From Heterodontus francisci (taxonomy: Eukaryota), in the NCBI RefSeq assembly GCF_036365525.1, contig NC_090383.1, forward strand, positions 27,199,914 through 27,263,913: 64,000 nucleotides of DNA. Direction: 5' to 3'. Shown piece by piece: positions 37,800-49,302 of this stretch; the first letter of the stretch is position 1, and every line of letters begins with the position of its first letter. The notes beneath the pieces were generated by a model. It searched no databases. It saw only the letters and a list, made by a program, of their open reading frames with translations, and was not told the origin of the DNA. A program made the position numbers and the translations under genes.

Positions 37800-39995
37800 G
37801 GAATCGGAGAATGGTTATAGCATAGAAGGAGGTCAAAAAGCCTACCGTGTCCATGCTGGCTCTCTGCAAGAGCAACTCTTCTAGTCCTACTCCCTTGCCT
37901 TTTCCCCATAGCCCTGCAAATTTGTTCTTTTTAGATAATTATCCAATATCCTTTTGAAAGCCATGGTTGAATCTGCTACCACCACACTCTTGGCAGTGCA
38001 TTCCAGATCCTAACCACTCACTTTTGAAAGAAGGTTTTTCTTCATGTCGCTTTTGGTTCTTTTGACAATTGCGATCAATCAGTGTCCTCTGTTCTTGACC
38101 CTTCTGCCAATGGGAACAGTTTCTCCCTGTCTACTTTGTCCAGACATGATTTCAAACACCACTATCAAATCTCCTTTTAACCTTCTCTTTAAAGTGAACA
38201 GCCTCAGCTTCTCTAATCTGTCCTTGTAACTGAAGTCCCTGATCCCTGGAACCATTCTTGTAAGTTTTTTGTACCGCCTTGAATACCTTCACATACTTGC
38301 TAAAGTCTGGTGTCCAGAATTGGAAACAATACTTCAGTTGAGGCCGCACCAGTGTTTTATAAAGGTTCACCATAACATCTTGGCTTTTGTACTCGATGCC
38401 TCTATTAATAAAGCCCAGAATCCTGTATGCCTTATTAACTGCTTTTTCAGCCTGCTCTGCCACCTTATTTGTGCACATATACCTCCAGGTCCCTCTGCTC
38501 GTGCACCCACTTTCGAATTGAATCCTTTTATTTTATATTGCCTCTACTGGTTCTTCCTCCCAAAATGTGTCACTTCATGCTTCTCTGCATTAAATTTCGT
38601 CTGCCGTGTGTCCTCCTATTCCACAGTCTGTATATGTCCCCTTGAAGTCTGTCGCTATCCTCACAGTTCACAATACTTGCAAGTTTTCTGCCACCTGCAA
38701 ATTTTGAAATTGCATCCTGCACGCACATCTCTAGGTCATTAATATAGATCAAGAAAAGCAGCGGTCCTAATACCAATCAGTGGGGCCCCCCACCTTTCTC
38801 CAGTCCAAAAAACAACCATTCACCAGTGCTGTCTGTTTCCTGTCACTCAGCCAACTTCGTATCCATGCTGCTACTGTTCCTTTTATTCCATGGGCTTTAA
38901 CTTTGCTGACAAGTCTGTTATGTAACACTTTATAATTAATCATTAAAATCAAGCAAAAGACATTTCATATTCATTATTTTAATATCAATTTTATGACTGC
39001 TCATCCTTAGCTACTTAAAATTGAATTTGTTTCAGATAAAGACGTCTTAAAGACTGAATTATTTGCTCCACCAACATAGGATTAATTACATATTCATTGG
39101 CTAAATACAGAATCTATTGAAACCACACTAGTTGAAACGTCATCACAAAGTCTTTGGGCTAACAGTTAACAGAAATTACTGTCGACAGCAGTGATTGGAA
39201 AAAGAAGCAACAGTGACACGAGAAAAAACTTTTTACGCAGCAAGTGATTAGGTTCTGGATTGCACGGCCAGAGAGTGGTGGAGGCAGATTCAATCGTGGC
39301 TGTCACAAGGGAATTGGACAATTGTCTGAAGAGAAAAAATTTGAAGGGCTACGGAGAAAAGGCGGGTGAGCGGGACTAGGTGAGTTGAATGGCCTCCTTC
39401 TGTGCTGTAACTATTTATGATTCTTTATCAAATGCCTTTTGGAAGTCCATGTACGCCACATCAACTGCATTGTCCTCATCAACCCTTCCTCATCAAAAAC
39501 CTCAATCAAACATGATTTGCCCTTAAACCTGTGCTAACATTTGAGCCTAGTGACTGTTAATTTTGTCCCAGATTATCGTTGCGAAAAGGTTTCCCACCAC
39601 CGAGTTTAAACTCACTGGCCTGTAGTTGCTGGGCTTATCTGAAGGCGCTTTTTGAACAAATGTGTAACATTTGCAATTCTCCAGTCTTCTGTCCCATTCC
39701 TGTATCTAAGGAGGATTGGAAGATTATGGCCAGTGTCTCCGTAATTTCTACCTTCCCTCAGTATCCTTGGATACATCTCATTCAGCCCTGGTGACTAATC
39801 AACTTTTAGGCAGAGCTAGCCTTTCTAATACCTCCTCGTTATCAATTTTTAGCCCATCCAGTGTCTCAGCTACTTCCTCTTCCACTGTGACTTTGGCAGC
39901 ATCTTTTTCCTTAGTAAAGGCAGATGCAAAGCACTCATTTAGTATCAGCCATGCCCTCTGTCTCTATGCATAAATCTCCTTTTTGGTCCCTAATT
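37800..39995 (-). mobile_element. CR1 ORF2 fragments
   Basis: VLGPLLFLIYINDL, LYKTLVRPQLKYC and VLHNRLVSKVKAHGIKG motifs. Confidence 0.85.
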
Positions 39996-40358
39996 GGCCC
40001 CAGTTCCACTCTGTTCAGGTGCAACCTGTCTGGCCTGTACAGATCCCATCTCCCCAAAAACAGGTCCCAATGTTGCAGGATTCTAAAGTCCTCCCTCCTG
40101 CACCGTCTCTCTAGCCACGCATTCATCTGGTCTAACCTCCTATTTCTATATTCAGTAGCGCATGGCAATGGGAGTAATCTGGAGATTACTACCTTTGAGA
40201 TCCTGCTTGCTAATTTCCTTCCTATTTCCCCAAAATCTGCCTGTGGGACCTCATCACTCTTCCTGCCTATGTCGTTGGTACCGATATGGACTATGAGTAC
40301 TGACTGTTCATCCTTCCCCACCTCCCCAAGAGTGCTTTGCAGCTGCTCAAGTGACATT
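39996..40358 (-). mobile_element. CR1 ORF1 SGNH-esterase region (downstream half)
   Basis: VHIGTNDIGR...VVISRLLP...DRLHLN; joins the upstream half at 42255-42780. Confidence 0.85.
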
Positions 40359-40650
40359 AGAGTCATAGAGAGATACAGCACTGAAACAGGCCCTTTGGCC
40401 CACCAACATTAATCCCATATTCCCTACCACATCCCCACCATTCTCCTACCACCTACCTACACTAGGAGCAATTTACAATGGCCAATTTATCTATCAACGT
40501 GCAAATCTTTGGTTGTGGGAGGAAACCAGAGCACCTGACGGAAACCCACGCGGTCACAGGGAGAACTTGCAAACTCCGCACAGGCAGTACCCAGAACCGA
40601 ACCCGGGTGGCTGGAGCTGTGATTCTGCAGTGCTAACCACTGCGCTACCC
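40359..40650 (-). mobile_element. HE1/V-SINE-like SINE
   Basis: Same family as 24987-25318, with an internal deletion. Confidence 0.85.
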
Positions 40651-42090
40651 TTCATGTCTTTCGTATTCGTTTTTTAAAATCTGTATTATCATCATCATCT
40701 ACCAATTCTAGATGATCGGCCATCAATCCAATTATCCCTGCTTTTTTGGTACCTGATTTCAATTCCAACCCCAATTTCGCTGCCAATTCTTTTCATTTGT
40801 TCCTGTTAAAATTATCAAGTCACCCGGGGAAACATTCTGCTTTCCCAAAAACTCTGCTACAATCACTAATGCCATAACAATGGTATAGATTGTACCTTTA
40901 TTAAACAAAAGACCTGGTTCTTTTAATTTCTTTGTAATTGGTGTCAGATTTAGATCCCAACAATCAAGTTTCCAACTGATAAGATCTCAGACTCGCGAGC
41001 AATTAATGATGTCAATCGCAAGACCCCAAGATAAATGTTATCACAAAGACGAGTAATTACTATGATTCCAAATGTGAGCGAACCCCCAATTAAGATGATT
41101 CAAATCCACAGATGAGAAACCCAATTAATGTGTGATTCAAGTCGCAAATGAGCCCGCAATACATATGACTAACCGTTCCTGTCAAAACCCCCAATCAAAA
41201 TATTCGATACTGAGGGTGGTGGAGAGACGCACAGATATTTCAATGCCGTCGTTCCACAGATCGGCTAACACATCATTTAAAACTTTCCAAATTAAAGAAA
41301 GACCCAGCCAAATTGTACCATTTATTAACCGCCTGAATGAGGCTAACCAAACCAGGTGTCTTTAAATCAACAAATTAACTCTAATTAGAAAAACTAAATT
41401 CTTAAACACTATGAAGATATAAACAACATTTAAAATAGAAAAAATTAGGGTCCTTGCAAATTTACAGTACAATGTTGTTCAAAGTCCTCGCAGCCGTCTG
41501 GTGGGGAAAAGGTTCTTCCACGTAGAACAGTCTAACTTCAGCAGTAGGTGATGCTTCCTTCTTCGGCGATGAATTTCAACAACAACTTGCGAACACTTTT
41601 GATAGAATCAATCTGACTTTAGAGCTTTTGAGGGACAAAAGATTGCCACAGTCCAACTTCCCCTTCTTCAATTCAAATCACCAGAGATCTCTGTTTTGGC
41701 TTGATGTTTTAGAATTTTGAGAGATAATAATTAAACAGACTAAAATCCTTTTCCTTCAGTTTAAATGGTTGAGAGCTCTTTTTCAGGCATGCTCATCACA
41801 GCTGTGTCTGCTGTGCCTCTGTCTGTCTGTTAGGACAAACTGTCTCACTAAAAGCCAGTTCAAACTGAATTGTAACAAATGTATTGCATCAGGCTCACTC
41901 CCAGTGGCTATAATCTATGGTAACGAGAATGCACCCTTTGAATTGCAGTCTCTAAATGGCTGTTTCTAAGGCATCGAAAATGCACCTTCCTATAGCTCCT
42001 AAGGCTTGCTGGTTCTTAAAGCAATACTGATCCTTTGCAAGCCTTAAAGGCAAACCGCATACTCTGAGAAAAAACTACAGGACCATGACA
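40651..42090 (-). mobile_element. Gypsy-type LTR retrotransposon 5' remnant (LTR, PBS region, start of gag)
   Basis: LTR starts TGTCATG at 42090 and ends near 41164. tRNA-Pro PBS-like motifs at 40945-41160. ATG 40875 gives MALVIVAEFLGKQNVSPGDL.., then after a frameshift KELAAKLGLEL..IIGLMADHL, resembling the Gag N-terminus of fish Gypsy/Gmr1-like elements. Confidence 0.7.
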
Positions 42091-42254
42091 ATCTGCATAC
42101 TAACTTTTTGTGATTCATGCCCAAAATTAAAATCTGAAGTCCTGTCATAAGACAAAGTTGACAAGATGAAGTTAGCTTGGAGCATAGACCAATGCCTAGG
42201 TTCAAAGATAGCTGTGGAAGGTGAGAGTGTCCTGGAGTTGTTTGAGGGGCAGAG

Positions 42255-42780
42255 CATTCTTGACCCTGACACCAGGGAGGCTACTTATCATCCTGGATTC
42301 ACATCTGCGGCTGCAGAAATGCCTGTCTATTTCCCTAACTGTTGAATCCTTTGTTACTTTTGCTTTCCTAATCTTCCTCCTGCCGCCTTGTACAGCTGAG
42401 TCAGCTGTGTTGCTGTGGATTTGGCTCTGACTGCACACTTCAAAGGAACCATCACTGTTAACAGTATTCAGAACTGAATACCAGTTGGAGAGTGAGATGC
42501 ACTTGGGCCTCTTGCCTGGTCCTCCTTGACTACCTGGAAGTCACCTATTCACAATCTGCCTGCATAACCTTAAACTGCAGGGTAAGCACATCCAGAAACA
42601 TGCTATTACAAAACTCTCAGCCTCGCAGATGCACTGTAGTGATGCCAGCTGCTGCTCAGACTCCGAAACCTGGAGTTTGCGCTGCTCTAACTGACTACAC
42701 TTCCTGCATATGTGGTTGTCCAGGACACGAGAAGCATCATGGGGTTCCCACATGGAACAGGATGTGAACACCACGATACT
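42255..42780 (-). mobile_element. CR1 ORF1 N-terminal half
   Basis: SCSMWE...HICRKCSQL zinc-finger/zipper region and DSTVREIDRHFC...LPGVRVK esterase start. Confidence 0.8.
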
Positions 42781-44375
42781 GAGATGTCTTTTTTTTTAAT
42801 TGAAGGAACATAACTACTTTTAGGCTCATTCTGTGGTGAATAGTCTATTCACAACCTGAAATTAAATTTTCCACTTTGCATGTCTCGCCATCATTTCTCT
42901 CCAGTGGCTAGCAAGGTTTCTTTAGAGCCTCTTACATGAACAAACACTCGGCTTGTATGACCTCTGTTGTTTATCAAAATCTTTGGGTAGCTATGGATTT
43001 CATTGTGAAGACATGCCACGTAAGCTGCTTGGTTGTAATGTGGATTTAGCTGCTTTATGATGAATTGAAAAGGTGCAATGAGGTTGAGTTGTTAGCTTTG
43101 ACATCATAAAGATTATAATGTTTCTGTTGTGTTATCTCCCTTTCCTCTCCAGTCCTTGTCATGATCTACATTATCTAGTCCCTTTAGAATCCTAAAAACA
43201 CCAATCCTATCACCTCTCCGCTTTCTCTTCCTCACATTGTCAGTACGTTACCACCTCCATCATAGCTCACTCTGCTGTCTGTCCCTGTTCTCTCCAGCAC
43301 CCTTCTCTCTCCATTTGCTCTCCTCACCACTCAATCTTTACCTCCCTCTCCACCCATTCTGGCTGAGATTACCATACTGGTGTCACTGGTTCCACCAATA
43401 TGGCAACTTGCTCTGGGCTTCAGCCCTGCTCCAGTGCCGCACACCAGCCTTCAATTCTCTCTCTCTTCCTTCTGTTGGTATTGAATTCAAAATCTTTTCT
43501 CAATTACAAATCTCACCATGGCATTGTTGCACCCCATCTCTGCAGCAGCCTCCTTATGTCTCGTCCCATTCCCTCCAGCCGTCTGACTCTGGGATAACCT
43601 TGTTATTCTTAGTGATTGGTTCTTGGCCCTTGCTGGAAGACGAGAAGCAGGAGGGAGAAAAAGGCTGCATCTCAGCTTAGGTAACACCTCACTGGGAAAG
43701 CTAGGAACTGAGGTCCAAGAGCACTTGTAGCTACAAAAGTGAAGCAGAGGTGAGCCCCTGAGGCTGTAATGATTGCCACTTGGCTAAAAAATGCAGACCA
43801 CAGAATATTTGAGGGGCTCAGTTGCTCAACATGCCTGGTATTGAGATACAGGCTGTTTTTTCAGTGATTATTGCATTTCAGGAAAGTGTAGTGTAATAAT
43901 TGCCCACAAAATGTACTGTTGGTGCCAGGTAAGCATTGACATTGTTCAGTGTCCTCTTTATTTTGAATGAATAAGGAATATTTTATATTTGGATTAGGAA
44001 TCCGAGATGTAAGAGGGGATGTAATGTGGATTGAGACGCATGCTGGCTGTTGCTTCGTTTGTATTTGATGCTGGCTTTTTTGAATCCAGTGGAATAATGG
44101 ATCAGTAGCTAGCGTTTGATCAACCGCGTACACAGATTGACCTGAAGCACGATTCATCAAAGTCTCTGCACTCTGCTGCATTTGGTTAACTGGTTAAGGA
44201 GTTCAAGTGAGAAATTGCCTCTCTGGGCTTCCGAGCTTGAATCTTCAGTCACTTGAGTGATTAGGATATGCTTCTCTAAAGCTGCTTTGTAATGTTCAGC
44301 AAATTAATGTAATTTTTTTATATTGGCCACCAGGTAATCTTTTGAATGCAACTAAATCTTTTTTTCTTCCCATAG

Positions 44376-44540
44376 AGGTTGCGAGAAGGGGTTTTCAGAG
44401 ATCTTGAACGACAGGAGCGCAAAAAGGAGAATCTTCGAATCCTGGAAGAACAGATTAGTCTGACGAAGAAATTGGAAGCAGATCGACTTCAGAGAAGCAC
44501 CTTGTCCCCCAGGAACACTCAACAATCTGAAAAACAGTAG
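44376..44540 (+). CDS. PET117: PET117 coding exon 2 (to stop)
   Basis: Acceptor tttttcttcccatag, then RLREGVFRDLERQERKKENLRILEEQISLTKKLEADRLQRSTLSPRNTQQSEKQ* (PET117 coiled-coil region). Joined CDS is 86 aa. Confidence 0.95.
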   Translation, partial: RLREGVFRDLERQERKKENLRILEEQISLTKKLEADRLQRSTLSPRNTQQSEKQ

Positions 44541-44649
44541 TTTCATTTTTTGTATGTGCATTAATGACTTTGGATGTTTAATAGATGACGGATATTTTTC
44601 CCCTCCATAATTGTGGAAAAGACTTGATAGAATTATTTAATTTAAGATG

Positions 44650-44655
44650 AATAAA
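44650..44655 (+). terminator. Candidate polyadenylation signal for a PET117-only mRNA
   Basis: AATAAA about 110 nt after the PET117 stop, followed by a weak U/GU-rich stretch at about 44688-44706. Confidence 0.5.
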
Positions 44656-44730
44656 GCTGCTCTTTGAATACTCTTATGCCAATCTAGCTGTTGATCCTTT
44701 CTACTGTAAGTCTGCCAGAAGTTTGGGAAG

Positions 44731-44998
44731 ATGGACGATAACAGGGAGACAAAAAGCTTAACTTCTCACCAAATGGAGGATGAATGTGCAAGAATGACTG
44801 CCTCTGAAGGTTTGGAGGAAGGAGAGGTTGAAGGGGAAACTCTACTGATAGTTGAGTCAGAAGACCAAGCCTCGGTGGATCTGTCCCATGATCAGAGTGG
44901 GGATTCCTTGAACAGTGAGCTAGGTGATGAAGGGGAAGTGTCCTGGACAGAAGAGATGTCCTATTACTGTGACAAATGCCTGAAGTGGGTACCTGCAA
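44731..44998 (+). CDS. KAT14: KAT14 (CSRP2BP, ATAC complex acetyltransferase) coding exon 1
   Basis: MDDNRE...SEGLEEGEVEGETLLIVESEDQASVDLSHDQSGDSLNS...YYCDKCLKWVPA is recognisable as the KAT14 N-terminus. Phase-1 donor CAA|GTACGT. Confidence 0.94.
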
Positions 44999-47349
44999 GT
45001 ACGTATGTTACTTCTGAAATATCCATAAGAGTAATGCTTTTTGTTCATCTGAGATGAGGGTTGTAGAATTTCCACTGGCATTCCTCAATTTTCCTCAAAG
45101 TTATCATGGAGAATTGGGCGAACCTTTGTGGAAATTACTGGTAAAGTTGTTCAGTGGAAAATGGAAGGCATTCAAATTTCTTAAGTTAATGTGTTTTGTG
45201 CAGCTACTTGTAATATATATTCTCTCCTGTATTTTTTTCTTGTGAAAATTGAGTCATATGATCCATAAATCATACCAAGATCCAGAAGGTAAGACAAAGG
45301 GAACTGCCATTTGTAGGCAGGGTGCCTTATCCTGTAAAAGCTACTGTGTGCTATTAGTCTGAAACCCTGATTGGTCAGTGGAGTGACGCTGACACCATTG
45401 GTTCCTACAGTAACTGACATTATCGGAGTAGCTGGGGATTTTGCATAGGTACAAAATGGAAGGTTTCTACAATGTTTTGAAATTTGTCACAGAAATCCAG
45501 ATATACCGAATAAGCAAGAGCCATCGTAGTCATTTTGTTTTCTTAGAGAGATTGGGTAGAAATTAATATGCTTTGCGCTGATTTTTAAGGCTTAAAATGG
45601 CACAAAACATAACTATTTCAGTGAGACAACCTGTGCCCAGTCTGCAAAGGTCTTGGTCACGCTGCTGAATTCTTGGGCCCATTTATGAGACATGCCGTCT
45701 GGAAGCCTAAAACAGGAGTTGGGCTCCTTGAATAAGTTAATTAGGCACCTACTGCCTCTTGAAGTACTCCTGTGCAAAATAGTTACTGATGGTCAGACCG
45801 TCGCCACATTGAATTTATTTCACTTCCTTAAGCACGTTTTTGTATGATCTAAACACATGCTCCAGTGCAATACTAGGGGAGTGTTGTGTGTTGGAGGTGC
45901 TGTTAAGTGAATAAAACATTAAACTGAGGCTGTACATGTACATGTGGACGTTGAAGAGCTGACAGTACTATTCAGTATGCAGTAAGAAAAGCAGGCAGTT
46001 TCTTTTGATATTCCGGCTAGCGTTCCTCCTTCAATCAGCACTAGCAAAAATAAATCACTTCATTGCTATTAGTAATATTTTGCTGTGTGCAAAATAGCTG
46101 CTGCATTTGCCTACACAGCAACATTTCTAAGTAATTGTTTATAAATTCATTTGTATGTGCTAAGAGATGTGATAAATTGCTATAAGCTGCAAATTTAAAA
46201 AAAACAAATTAAAATGGAAGGATGAAATATATGTAAGGGAAATCCCATTGAGAGCATATCTGAAGTAGTACCACATGCTGATGGCAGATGTATTTTTGAC
46301 TGCACCATTGTATTCCCTCAGTTCAATCTGTTGTCCTAGAGTTACTAATGGAAACCTTCATATACCCTGAGCAATATCATATTTCAATGTTATCAGATTC
46401 TAATACATTAACAAAAGCTGCTTACTGTGCTTTATGTTCAATATAGAATTGTTAAATTGTAGCATGGATAGTACCCTAATTTTAATGCTTATTTATATTG
46501 GTTATACCTTTTTCCAAATTTAAATACCTTGTACTAACTGTTCAGTCAATGTGTTGTCGCTGAGCATTTCTGTAAGAAAATCCACATCCCATCCTGACCG
46601 CATTAGCATCATTAGGAGTGCAGTAGCCCTGCTACTAATTTCAGCATATGAAAGGAAATACTGATGCGGATACCCTCTGCACTCAATTCAAACAATGAAC
46701 AAAGCCAGGTGGTGACTGCTTGTACAAGCTGGTTTAGAGCTCAGATTAGAGATACTGAATTGTCCAGTCATGACACGGGTTTAGTTGTAAAACATTGAGA
46801 TGGATGTATACAAATATTTGCTTCATTATTCAAATCAGGTGATAACATTTGACCTCAATTGATTATAAATAAAATGAAGATTTACATTTTAAAAAATATT
46901 TTAAAATTATTGGTATGCATGATTTCCTCTTTTCTCATTTCCGTTTCCTCCTCCACCCCACCTTTTGTGATGGCACTTGCTCCTCACCAGGTACATTTCC
47001 CATGAGGACTGGTTCCTTTCCAGCGTCTCCTCAAAGTGGCCATTTGCAAATTATTTGATTGTTTCTCTCCCATCCCCACTCCACTTCAATCACTATCAAG
47101 CTCAAACTCGTCCTCACCCAGTGCCCAGTTCTTCACTCTTCCAGTAGGCACCCTGGAGAACTGGAGCTGTGGCTGATTTCTGCCTCCCTAAATCAGAGCC
47201 TCACAGGCCAATTGGTGCTACCCAAGGACAGTCCAGCAGATAGCATCAAACTCAACATTGACCAGGGATTGAACCTCATGCCTTTATGGTCTGTGTCGGT
47301 CAATAGTTTAACCACCTGAACTGTGGGGGACTTGAAAACAATTCCTGGC

Positions 47350-47790
47350 AAGGAGTGTCAGTGGGTAGTACTCCAACCTCAGTCAGAAGGTACTGCATGG
47401 GCTTGAGTCCCATTCCAGAGAATCCACAAAATCTATGCTGACTCTCTAGTGCAGTACTGTCGAAAATGCTGTCTTTAGGTGCTCTGTTGAACTGAGGCCC
47501 CATCTGCTCCCTCAAGTGGGCATAAAAGATCCCAAGGCACTAGTTTAAAGATGAACAAGGGAGTTCTCTGCAGTGTTCTGCCCAATATTTATCCCTCGAC
47601 CATTATCACTAAAACGGATTATCTGGTATTTTATTTTAGTGCTTTTTATGGGACCTTGCTGTGTGCAAATTGGTTGCTGCATTCCCTGTATTACAACAGT
47701 GACTACACTTCCAAAGTACTTCATTGGCTGTAAAGTGCTTTGTGAGAACCTGAGGTTATGAAAAGTGCTTATATAAATGCAAGTCTGTCT
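47350..47790 (+). mobile_element. Deu-domain SINE
   Basis: Same family as 21753-22140. Further copies at about 45860-46195(+), 53880-54215(+), 55575-55920(-) and 60620-61055(+). Confidence 0.8.
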
Positions 47791-48059
47791 TTTCACTGTG
47801 CATCTGCCCATTATGTACCACATATGGAAGTATTTGATGCAGATGCTAGAGTGGAGACATTTTTCATTCCCCAGTGATGAGATCACACAGCTCAGTGAGC
47901 CATCAAAACACAGATTTGAAATGAATAGATCACCGAAAGAGCAATGCTAGCTGGGACATAACCGATTTTGTAGGCAGATTGCACGGGTATGAGGTGGTGC
48001 TTAGGGCAGGGTTGAAGGGATACAGACGTGTGACTGAAATCAATTCACTTTTGTTTGAA

Positions 48060-49030
48060 TGTTAATACAGGCCAAAATGTATGAGGACATTAATAAACTT
48101 GTAGAATGGATGTGTAATTGGCAAATGAACTTCAGTATAGCTAAGTGTGAGATGGTATGTTTTGGTAGGAAGATTGAGGAAATCAGACTCCTCGGAAATA
48201 AGTGTCTAAATGGAGTCGAGCAGCAACGGGATCTGGGGTACAGGTACAGAAATCAGTAAAAGTAGTGGCACAAGTTAGTAAGGCCACAGAAAAAAAGAAA
48301 ACAAAGCACTAGGGTTAATTTCTTAAGGGATAGAATTTGAAAACCAGAGAAGCTAAATTACACTTGTATAGAACCTTGGTTAGACCATACTTGGAATCTA
48401 CATATTATAAAACGGGATATAGAGGCACTGGAAAAGGTGCAAAATATATTTAGAGTCGTAGAGAGATACAGCACTGAAACAGGCCCTTCGGCCCACCGAG
48501 TCTGTGCCGACCAACAACCACCCATTTATACTAATCCTACATTAATCCCATATTCCCTACCACATCCCCACCTACACTATTTATTTATTAGGATGATACC
48601 AGAACTGAGCGGTTATAACCATCCAGAAAGATTTATCTAGGAAAGAGAAGACCAGGGGTGAACTGATAAAGATAAGGTTATAGAAATGTTTGATAGGGTA
48701 GATGTAGAGAAAATACTTCCATTTGCAGGTGAAACCAGAACTTGGGGACCATAAATATGAGATAGTCACCAATAAATACAACTGGGAATTCAAGAGAAAT
48801 TTCTTCACCCAGAGAGTGATTAAAATGTGGAACTTTTTACCATGAGGAGTAATTCAGATGAATAATATAAGGGGAAGCTAGAAAAAACATGAGGGACAAA
48901 GGAATCGGAGGATCTGCTGATAGGGTTAGATGAAGAATCAGGGGAGGTTCATATGGAATATAATCACAGGCATGGATCTGTTGTGCTAAATAGCCTATTT
49001 CAGTGTTGTAAGTACAATGTAAAGCTATGT
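48060..49030 (+). mobile_element. CR1 3' fragment with nested partial V-SINE (about 48451-48578, minus)
   Basis: WQMNFSIAKC and LYRTLVRPYLE-like motifs plus a CR1 tail. Confidence 0.7.
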
Positions 49031-49302
49031 ATTATGTTAGATTCTTAGTAAATGAGAAGTCAGGTATATCGTATAGGGCTTTATGCTGCTGAGTATTAAC
49101 TGGTGAGTTTCTCTGTGGGAAGATGTTGACAAAATAAGAGTGGCGTCCCTTGCACAGCCTTGCATGAGGTAATATATTTTGTCAATCTCCAATCAGTTTT
49201 CATGTCATGTTTGTGGTGGCTCCCGTTTACACCCAAGGAAAAATGTAGGTTGCTTCATTTGCACTATTTCACATCTGTAATAGACTGATGTATATTACTA
49301 AT

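Noticed and set aside
36850-37800. Non-obvious stretch with short ORFs in PET117 intron 1
   Set aside because: No splice-supported frame; weak resemblance to a decayed RTE-like 3' end, too degenerate to call.
40945-41195. CRISPR-like look of the repeat/spacer array
   Set aside because: Eukaryotic context, no cas genes and no identical repeats; the variable parts resemble each other and a tRNA-Pro PBS.
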